From Hormiphora californensis (Eukaryota; Animalia; Ctenophora), in assembly GCA_020137815.1 (NCBI GenBank), contig CM035357.1, positions 5,084,001-5,148,000 of the forward strand: DNA of 64,000 bases. Reading direction: 5' to 3'. Position numbers and translations under genes: made by a program. This document shows, piece after piece, positions 30,837 through 42,958 of this stretch. Under the pieces are notes generated by a model. The model was not told where the DNA came from. It made no database searches and worked only from the letters and a program-made list of their open reading frames with translations. Numbering within the stretch: the stretch's first letter is position 1; each line of letters opens with the position of its first letter.

Positions 30837-32814
30837 TGTATTGATGTCGCATTGGAGAGCAATTTTAGAGTGCGAATCTCTCTCTCTCACTATCACTGAG
30901 AGTTGTATATCACTGAATCATAATAATGGTAGGTGTTAGCCCTTGAAAAATTTCGCAGCGCCGGCAAGGGCCCCCAGGAGTATCTTAAATGCACATATGC
31001 ATTCCGTGCATTCCAGCAATTTTAAAGACTATCCGAGCAATAAAAACTACTTTTGACATTATATCTACTATCTAGGAGTACATATAATGGTCGGTGTTAG
31101 CACCTGAAAAAATTTAGCAGCGCTGGCAAGCGCCACTAGCGTATAATGATGATGATGGGGGTGCAATAAGTCATAAATTTAAGTATAAAAGTGATATCAA
31201 TTAGATTGATAAATTGGCCAACATTTCGCACCGGGATTCTGGGGGATAAGGGGGTGGTGTAAGACTAGAGACTAACTTATTCTGGGGGAGAGGTGGAGGA
31301 TAGGGGTCAGTCTGGGGGAAAAAAGAGGGAAGGAGGTGGAGACTCTAACTCATTCTGGGGAGGGGTGAAGTGGTGTAAGAATAGAGACTCTAACTCATTC
31401 TGGGGAGGGGTGGGGTGGTATAACATTCGAGAGTATATCATTCGAGGTAAATCATTCTGGGGGGAGGACAGGGAAGATGTGGTTATAGTAGTTCCAATCT
31501 AGAGATCCCTCAAAAGGAGGTGGAGATGGGGGTCAGTCTGAGAGAGGGTCAGTCTGAGAGAAGGTCAGTCTGAGAGAAGGAGGGGTGTGAAGGGGGGTCA
31601 AAAGATATGGTATTTATATTATAACGCAATAGTTCTAGAAGAAATAGTACTTGATTCTAATCAGTCCTTTTTATGTCGAGTCAGAATATGAAGACATAAA
31701 ATATACTGCTACTAAATACTGATATTTTGAAAGCAAAAAGCTGCACCCTGCAGCAGGGAACTAGAACTAACCGAATCAAAAGGATTGAAAAAGGAAAATG
31801 CGGTGGAAACCTGGAATTGCTGCAGGAACATAATTTATAGCGCACCTTGCACCTTTTTAAAGCATTACATCAACTATCAAAGGAACTTTCTAATCATTTC
31901 ATTACGTAATTTGGACAGCTGTCACAGCTGCAGCTTGGCTGGTTCGGTAATTTCTCAAAATCAGCTAGACAATCATGGAGTCATGTAACTCGTAATTGAT
32001 TGCTGGAAAGTGAGAGGGAATCAGGGAAGGGGACACCGTACCCATACCAATCAAAATGATCCCAGCAAATTTAATTAGCTCATAATGGGGTTTGACCAAG
32101 ACTAAAGCGCTCTTTGGCAAGGAGAGAGAGGGTCTTTGCAGCTGAGAAGAACTATACCACAATGAAAAGACACTACACTGTGTGTCTGTAAAGGACTATA
32201 ATTATAGAGGGGGAGTTGACCCTTTTAATAGCTTCACACACTCTATATTTTCTAAAGAGAGTCATCTTTTGTTCCATTTAATATTTGTTTGTTCGTATAT
32301 ATATAGAGACGTTGTTACACACCTGTTGTCTCGCTAGACGTGTAAGCTTATTTGAGATCCTGACTTAGTGCCAAATGTGCGGTGATGTATAAATTGTATA
32401 AACTTACACTTTTTTGTCAGCGCCAAATTTTATGATTATAATGTGTGTTTATAATTATTTAGTTTACTGTTAGTAACATGCTAATATTAGATCATTAAAA
32501 ACTATATATCATGTGGTTATACAACATACGATTAAAGCAACGCTTCGGAATTGTGTGCTATTAAAGTTTCATGTGACAAATTGAAAACTTCAGTGAGGCG
32601 CAATTGTGGGCGACTGATTGGCGATGAGATATTTGGCAGATTAACTCTTTGATACAGAATGGCGTATTGATATTGGTTTAGTGACGAGTTAGTGAAAGTG
32701 TTAGAGTATCTGGAATGAAGCCAATATAATGAATCATGTAACTAAAGAAACCATGTTGCTTCAGTTTAACAACTACTGTTGGCGGATCTTAACATTGGAA
32801 ATTAAATTTCACTT

Positions 32815-33679
32815 GTCGGACCCCGGTGCCCGGATTTTCTAAATTTTAGATAAATACGATTTTCAAAAGTCAAATATGCTGCCAACTTTGTCCCAAAAAT
32901 CGACGATTTTGCTGCCTAGTAAAATAAATGTCTAGAAAGTTATTAGAAATCATTTATAAATCATCTATAAAGTTAAAAAAAATTTTTTTAAATTGTCCCA
33001 CCCGGGCCCGGTCGGGAATCGAACCCGTGCTGCCTCAGTATCAGGCAGCACGGATCTATCTTAATTAAGCTAAATACGTGCTGCCTCATGCTGCCATCTA
33101 TATCATGCTAAGTTTTACCGTTTTCCCCCGTTTATCGGTTTATGCACTTGTTTATCGATACTGTGGATGTCCCTGCACCGAATGTTACCAAATTGGATGG
33201 GTAGAAGGGCGGGAATAGCCAAAAAATCGGTAAATAATGGTACCCGAGGCAGCAGAAGGATTAAGAAAATTTGTGACGTTCAATTTGTTTATTTCCTTCA
33301 TATTCGTGTTTGGAATACTTCTTCGAATATAATAGCCAGAAAAGTAAAACTGATATTGCATAAAATGAGGCTAAATTTTCTATGTAAATATGGGGTAAAT
33401 TTGTGCTGCCTGTGCTGCCTCCACTCTGACGCGTGAGGCCCGGGTTCGATTCCCGACCGATCCCGGGTGGGACACTTTTTTAAAAAATTTCTAAATGATT
33501 TATAAAGATTAAGCCCTGGCCCCCAGTACATTTATTACTGCCGGCAGCGATATTTATTGAACTGCTGACTACTAGGCAGCTTGTCCAATATGCTGCCTCG
33601 CCTTTAATTTGCTGCCAAATTAAGGGCATTAATGTCTTGGGTATTTGCAATATCTGGGCACCGGGTGTCGGACCCTGAT
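32815..33679. mobile_element. Degenerate TIR element with TGCTGCC motifs and two inverted tRNA-like segments
   Basis: CCCGGTGCCCGGAT / ATCTGGGCACCGGG ends; internal inverted repeat about 32945-33027 versus 33440-33508 containing GGGTTCGATTCCCGACCG. Confidence 0.6.
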
Positions 33680-33969
33680 ATACAGTGTACTCCGATACAC
33701 CGGTCCAGGCTGAAACTTCCCCGAGTAACCCGGTAGATCGGGGTCAGAGTTACGATATACGATACTCATTCCATCAATTCTATCATCTAGCTTCATCTAG
33801 CTATTTGTCGAGAGAGGGTCGAGCAAGAGTCAAGCTTCATATCTGAGCCCAAACAATATTTTTGTGATACTTGTTGAGAATGCATGACTTCCAAAGGTAT
33901 AATGACATGGGTCCACCCTACTCTTATTATAGCCTCCTTTTTATATCTTCCTCTCCATCTCTCCATATA

Positions 33970-35587
<1,618 letters not shown>

Positions 35588-36093
35588 CTCCATATATATT
35601 CCTCTATATGTATCTTCTTCTCTCATTCTCACGCTTTACTTTATCTGTTTTTTCGCTCTTACTCTATCCACCCACTTTTAACTTTTTTCTCAAATTGATA
35701 GATCAAACCAACCAGGATAGGAGCACGATCTCCCACTAGGTGGATTAAAAAACAAACTCTGTGAAAAATTGCATGACCCTAACTTCCAAGTCCGAAGTGT
35801 CTCTGTGACGCTGTAGTACATGAAACCAATATATACATCAGAGCGACATAGAAAGTGTAGAGCAAGGACCAATCAAATATGTCACTGTACTATGAGAGAG
35901 GGGTCACCGAGTAAAGTAGTCTCTGTAGAGGGGTGTAGAGAGACATCATGAGAGGGTATAAGAATGGAAGGTCTTGTAGAGAGATGTCGAGAGAGATGGA
36001 GGGAGTGAGAGACATGGAGGCATGGGGAGGGGAGAGTGATGGGGGAGAGATAAATTGAGAGATGTAGTGGATAAGGAGAGGGAGATTGAGTGC

Positions 36094-36132
<39 letters not shown>

Positions 36133-36238
36133 CTGCTGCGGGGTTTAATACACTTGAGAGGTAGTTCTCACGCAAGCAGTAGTGTGTGTGTATTATTGTG
36201 AGGTACACGATATGATTAGTATACCATCAACTTAGGGT

Positions 36239-36308
<70 letters not shown>

Positions 36309-36400
36309 AAGAGACGTTGTACACGTGCCCTAGACGCCCAAAGTGCGTTATCACCTTTACCAGAGCCTATGAATAGATAGCATTGCATTGCATATCATTG

Positions 36401-36484
36401 GCAATTGCCTTGTTCGACCGGCGACCCTCCTTCTTTGCGCTCCGACAAATGTAGAGAAGGGTTAGAAGTTAGAACATAACAAGC
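36401..36484 (+). repeat. Dispersed short repeat family (GCCTTGTTCGACCCTC...GAGGGTTAGAACATAACAAG)
   Basis: Related copies near 19737-19776, 37088-37142, 52160-52226(-) and 60863-60930(-); partial copies near 33813, 40475, 47830 and 53595. Confidence 0.65.
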
Positions 36485-38346
36485 ATATATCATTTGTGAT
36501 CACGAATCGGCCATGTTTTATCCCGTTTCGTTATGATTAAAACACCTCCCTCTCTCATTCATAATATTTTCGTTCATTCACTGCATGTTAGTGAACCAAC
36601 ACCATTTATTATTTAACATCCCTGGCCAACTCATCTCTCCAATTGAACGCCCTGACTAACTCCCAGCTCGTCTTAAACTGACACCACTGAAAATATCGAT
36701 ACCCCCCCCCAGCGTACAGAGCAAAGTAATTAGTCTTATAACACGGTAATTAATCTGCAATTATCAAACCATTACTTGATGTTTACCCCACCCCAGAAAG
36801 AACGTAACAGGATCAGAGTTTAGTGTTGGTCAAATCATTACCGGCAAGCTGATATGAGGAGTGGAAACAGACACGCTGTTCGATCCTCAAGTATGTAAAT
36901 AACAAGAAATCTGAAGGAGTCAGCTATACTTATCTGGAAGAGGCCCAACTGGAGGAGAAGTGTATGCATGACAATATGGTGTACGTGAAAATTGGATGCT
37001 TACCGAATCCTGTTCTGGTAAACATTACAAACTTATCCATTTAAAATCGCCCCCTCTCTCTTCGGCTGAACAAACCATTAAAGAATACGTCCGACCCTCT
37101 CTCTCCCCGCGCCCCATAAAGGAGGGTTAGAACAAAACAAGAATACGTGACCCGGTGATCGTAGAAAAATAGTTCTTCCTCACGTCATTCAATGTGCTGC
37201 CATATTATATTATGCAAATGGAAACGAACAACAACACAAACAACCAAACAAACTTATGGTCCCTTTACAGTTTTTTACTCCTTTGTTTATTTTTGTCCTC
37301 TTCCCCCACACCAAATTCCATCCCTTTTTTGCTTCAAAACTATCCCATATATATTTTATTTTACAATGCATATAATATTTTCACAGCCTTTTGTGTTGTG
37401 CACAGGTGATTGGTACATGTCTCCTCTCTGACTCGTCACATGGGACATCTAGCTCTCGACCAACCACAATCTCGCTCAAAGAGGGGCGTAGCTAGTGAGT
37501 GAGATGTGGAGAGTTAAATAGAGAGAGAGAGATGGAGAGGGAGCGAGTAATCTAGAAAAAATAAAGCTCGCTGGTAACACTAAATAAATGTGCATAGTGG
37601 TGGGCTGTAAAGGGTTTATCACGTGACCAATCGATATCCAATGAGAAATTATTTCGTAAGAAATGTGTCATCATCATCATGTGATATTGTGATAGAGGCC
37701 GAGGGTTAGTAATATAAATAGATAGAGAGATAGAAATATAGAGATAGACAGAGAGAGAGAGAAAGATAGAAAGAGAGAAAGAGAGGGAGAGAGAAAGAGA
37801 GATAGACACAGAGAGAGAAAAAAAAGAGATAAAATGAAAGAGAGAGCGAGAGAGACCACATAGAACAACTACCTGTGTAGTCCAGGTGGTTGAACGTTAT
37901 AGCGGGGTGCCCAGTTTTACACACAGAGAAAAGAGTGGAAGATAATGGTGATTAAGTTGAAGAAAGACAATCTAAACATCTGTTTCATCCAATGTTGACT
38001 CCCAAGTCCCCCCCCCCAGGTCTTGTGCCAAAAACAAATAGAGTCACAATGCAGTTACAATACAGTTCGGAGTATTCAGTTCAATTGCAGTTGATTTGGG
38101 CAAAATAATAAAACAAAAGCAGGTATGACTGCTCATTTAAAATTGCGAAAGCACCAAAATTTATTATCTCCAACGGCCGATTTGGAACAATTACCTATTC
38201 GATTCTGCAGCTGTACGCCAATTTTTATTACAACTACTGGTGCAGCAGTCCCATCCACCCACCTCATGTTCGATGTTAGATAGCTAGTCGAGAGATAGCG
38301 AGAGAGAGATAGAGGGGAGTGAAAGATAGAGTGATAAAGAGAGAGA

Positions 38347-38432
<86 letters not shown>

Positions 38433-39124
38433 TAAAGAGAGAGAGTGAGTGATAGAGAGAGAGAAATAAAGACAGCAGGTGGTATTATAAGATAGCAGCT
38501 GCCCCTTTTATATTTCATTCTCCTCTCCTCTTTTGTTCCTACAGGTAGCTCTCTATCATATATTAATTCCCCTCCCTCTCTAGTCATAACGGGATAAATG
38601 AATAATACCGTTCACTACAATTATAAAATTAACGAGCATTGAACCATACAAATGTCAGTCTAAATTACACATAGCAAACACGATTGATATCACTGAAGTG
38701 AGAAAATTAAAATTACAGAGTGGGTCATATCCAGGGCCCAGTGAGTCTACAGCTGCTGCTCCTATATTTACCCTCCAGCTCTCACTATCTTTCTCATCTT
38801 ATGGCCCTTACTCAACTTGTAATTTTAGAGAACTATGTAATTTACTCCAGTTTACCCTCAACCCTATCATGAAATAATGCATGGTGCAAGAAATGTATTT
38901 TTTTCTTCAAAACAAAATGCAGCCACGAGGCAGAACTTATCTCAAAACCTGAATGATTCAGCAAGATTGCAGAAATCGCTTTATTTGGGCATTATATCGG
39001 TATTATAATGGCGATTTGAGACTGAATTATTTGGTCTCCATGTCATCTTTTTCACCAAGCGATTATATCAGGAAGGAACAAAAGCCCATTCTCAAGATGC
39101 TGCTTGACAGCTTTCTTTCGGTCT

Positions 39125-39644
39125 TTCTCTCTCTCTCCTTCATCCTATTGACTCAACTTGACTGTCTGAAGTTTAATAGTTGTCATCTTGACTTCCTCAA
39201 AATCCTTCCTTGGCACCACCATAAACCATATAATATATTCGATATCGTAACATTTATCCTCTATCACGGGTATAGTCGAATTTTTTAATCAAGGGACAGG
39301 GGGGGTCTTTTTGACCTTATTTCAAACACACATATCTCCGGTTCCTGATGAGATAGAAATTTGGAGGTTGAGAAGATCATGCCAAGTTCTTCATAACCTC
39401 CAAACCTCAAGTCTTTGTCTTATCAGGAACCGGAGATATATGCGCATTTTAAATAACGTCAAAAAGACCCCCTGTCCCTTGATTAAAAAATTCGACTATA
39501 CCCGTGATAGAAGATAAATGTTACGATATCGAATATATTATATGCTTTATGGTGGTGCCAAGGAAGGATTTTGAGGAAGTCAAGATGACAACTATTAAAC
39601 TTCAGACAGTCAAGTTGAGTTAATTGGATGAAGGAGAGAGAGAA
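39125..39644. mobile_element. About 520-bp palindromic element
   Basis: Inverted arms of about 245 bp; mirror ORFs 38953-39288(+) and 39483-39836(-) share the same peptide; TSD not resolved. Confidence 0.8.
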
Positions 39645-40716
39645 AGAGAGGGAAAGAAAGAGAGGGAAAGAAAGAGAGAGAAAGATGCTTAATAGAAAGA
39701 GAGGGAAAGAAAGAGGGAGATTATGATTGTAGAAGGTGATAGTGACGTAAGTAAGTGTCAAGATCAGGCTTATAATATAGCTATAAAGAAAGTAAGACGA
39801 GAAAGGAGTTGAGGATTTAAAATTGATGTACTCCAAATTGAGCGTGATGTCAGATTGTCAGATGTCAGTTGTCACTATCTATTTACGTTGCTAAATTAGT
39901 AAAACAAACAACAACTTAAAATAAAATAAGTTAAATAATAAAACTTCCGTTGTTTTTAATTTGTTAAATAATGATTATTAAATCAAATGTTACTTACATC
40001 GTCCTCGTATATTATACTCATGTTCCATTATCTCTGGGCTATTGGAAATATAAAACGTATTGAATATTATGTTGGTGTCATACTGTAATATGATAACACC
40101 TCAAAACAAATGATGTACTACTGTTCAATTATTTACTGTTCAATTCATAGTTTAGGGCAAAAACGCGGTAATAAAGTTTTAAGCATTTATTGCACAAGGA
40201 TCAGGTGGCGAGCGCCTCGACCACGGACTGTCGTTCTGACAGAGAGCTGAAAGGTATAACTTTACTCTTGTACTATTATATATTGTCTCTTGTGGAACCC
40301 CGAAACCGTACAAGGAAAAGCTCTGTACTTCAAAGAAGGAATCAGTTTCCGATCAATTTGACAATGCCTTGGAGTGATGTAGGATGTTATCACTGCACTA
40401 ATGTTCTTAGAATGGTTTCTTAGGGGCAGAGCTAAAGCCTTGTTTTTTTTTCAAAACTTTTCATTTTTAAGAGGCGGTCGAACAAGGCAATTGCAGTCGG
40501 TTCGCTTTTAGGGGGCGTGAAAAGTAAGACCAAGAGCGCAGCCCCGCAAGCAGGGTCCATGGCTGCTAGCACCGGGGAATTTTGACGACTGACGTTTTTC
40601 CGATGATTTATCAATTGAGAGCGGACTCATCTTTTGCATGAGCCGCAGTTCCCCGTTTGGGGAATATGGGTCGTGACTTGGCACTGCGCATGCCAAAACT
40701 CAACGTGGGATAAGGC

Positions 40717-41691
40717 TACGGTGGCAGATTCCGGCCAAGTGTTTTTTTCAATCAAGTGAAATATGTTTGTTTGAAGTTTTATAAAAATTTTATTTCAAAA
40801 TAAAAATAAACATGTCGTTAAAATTATTGGCCGGAATCTGCCACGCGGGTGGCAGATTCCGGCCAAGATTCTCAAAAAACCTTGGCCAGAATCTGCCACA
40901 CACGTGGCAGATTCTGGCCAACCAACTAAAACTTGTTTATATCAAAGCGAAAAGCACTGTACCCGACTAATTTTGATACGCTGAATCACGTAAGATACTT
41001 TTCCAATCCCTCAGAGGTCGGAAAAGTGTCATAATTGACCATAATTGGGTCTAATTGATCCCACTTACAACTTTTTACCTTAAAACGATAGACGCTTATG
41101 TGAAGGCACTTTTCCGACTAATTTTGATACGCTGAATCACGTAAGCAACTTTTCCAAGTCCTCCGAGGTCGGGAAAATGCCTTAATTGGGTATAATTGGG
41201 TCTAATTAGCCTTAATTGCTCAATTAGGGCACTTTGCCGATCTCTGAGGACTTGGAAAAGTTGCTTACGTGATTCAGCGTATCAAAATTAGTCGGAAAAG
41301 TGCCTTCACATAAGCGTCTATCGTTTTAAGGTGTAAAGTTGTAAGTGGGGTCAATTAGACCCAATTATGGTCAATTATGACACTTTCCCGACCTCTGAGG
41401 GATTGGAAAAGTATCTTACGTGATTCAGCGTATCAAAATTAGTCGGGTACAGTGCTTTTCGCTTTGATATAAACAAGTTTTAGTTGGTTGGCCAGAATCT
41501 GCCACGTGTGTGGCAGATTCTGGCCAAGGTTTTTTGAGAATCTTGGCCGGAATCTGCCACCCGCGTGGCAGATTCCGGCCAATAATTTTAACGACATGTT
41601 TATTTTTATTTTGAAATAAAATTTTTATAAAACTTCAAACAAAAATATTTCACTTGATTGAAAAAACTCTTGGCCGGAATCTGCCACCGTA
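40717..41691. mobile_element. 975-bp palindromic element with TAC...GTA termini and 6-bp TSD (IS3EU-like)
   Basis: TACGGTGGCAGATTCCGGCCAAG TIR, arms of about 480 bp, TSD TAAGGC (40711-40716, 41692-41697). Confidence 0.85.
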
Positions 41692-41759
41692 TAAGGCAGC
41701 CCTTTTCAAACGAGTTTGACATTTTTTAAAAGAGCATTTTTTTAAAAATTTTTTAAGTT

Positions 41760-42340
41760 TTTTTGCAGACAAAATTTTCGCCGCGCATTCTTATTTTGTT
41801 GCGTTATTTGTAACGCGCGAAAATTTTGCAGCGCAGGTTATTTCTCTCGCGCGGCGTGGTTTTTGTCAAGAAAATCCATTTTTCGGTGTCGCTTTGTTTT
41901 TTCTGAAAAGCGTGTTTGCGGTTTGCCTTGGAATGCGCTGCAGCCCCCTCATGCGCGCACCCCCGCAACGATTATATATATATATTATATTATAAGGGGC
42001 CTGCAACGTATGCCAACGGTTTGCCAATGTTTTTTCCCTTCTTTTTGTCATTTTTCAAACTCCTTCGGCACCCTGGTCCCCGCACCTCACACCTGACAAA
42101 TGAGGGACAATGGTGCTTCGTCATATTGGCCGCCTGATTAAGGGCTCTGCCGCCCCATTGCTCCCTCCGCGCCGCTCGGCGGCACCTCGGTCGCTGGGTT
42201 TTGAGTTGGCAATCCAATAGCCGCTATTGTATACTCCATTTTTTTTCAACTGTTCACCCCCCCAAAGTCGTGCGCGGAATTGTTTTGCGCGTCTATCACA
42301 TGTTAACGTGTAGCGCGCGCCACGAAAATTCTAAATTTCA
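41760..42340 (+). promoter_or_regulatory. CpG/CGCG-rich putative promoter region upstream of RPS29
   Basis: High CpG density relative to flanks, pyrimidine tract TTTTCCCTTCTTTTT near 42031-42046, motif shared with 50537-50608. Confidence 0.45.
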
Positions 42341-42657
42341 GTGAAATTTCAATTTTGGGTGAACAGTTGAAAAAAATGGACTTTAGTCACTCTAATGGAG
42401 TGTTTGGCCTTCGGCCATACCACCCTTCCCCTAAATCCGTGCTGGGGCCATCCCTGCACTGCGTCTTAGACGTCGTGAAGTCCTTTTTAATTTTTTCAAC
42501 TGTTCGCCCCCATCAAGTTACAAACGAGTGTGCATTTGCGCTATGATTTGCCGAATATGTCATGTGCAAAAGTTCTTATATTTAAAATTTTCCAAGGGTA
42601 CTTAGATAAGTTATATTCACAATTTAATTTTATGGTACCCCCCTTAGTAGCAACACC

Positions 42658-42828
42658 ATGGGCCACAACGATGTCTGGTACTCCCACCCCCGAAAATACG
42701 GACCCGGATCCAGGACGTGCCGAGTGTGCGGTAACCCCCACGGTCTGATCAGGAAATACGGACTGGACATGTGCAGACAGTGCTTCCAGCAGTACTCCAA
42801 GAGCATTGGATTCCAGAAGCTCCGTTAA
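42658..42828 (+). CDS. RPS29: 40S ribosomal protein S29 (uS14), intronless CDS, 56 aa
   Basis: [56 protein letters not shown], with the CxxC...CxxC zinc motif; below the ORF-track length cutoff. Confidence 0.97.
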   Translation: MGHNDVWYSHPRKYGPGSRTCRVCGNPHGLIRKYGLDMCRQCFQQYSKSIGFQKLR

Positions 42829-42958
42829 TGTGAAGATCTACCCTTTTAAATTATTTGTGTTTTCATTTTGAGAATTTATTTGCTGGTATCAATGTTCTAT
42901 CCGATGATCAGTGCTTTGTTTATTTACCTCTACTGTCTAGTTTTAGCATGTAATAGTC

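Noticed and set aside
33429-33461. Functional tRNA gene
   Set aside because: Only the T-arm and 3' portion are present; no D-arm or acceptor-stem partner
42090-42140. Box C/D snoRNA upstream of RPS29
   Set aside because: A CTGA is present but there is no canonical RTGATGA box C or terminal stem
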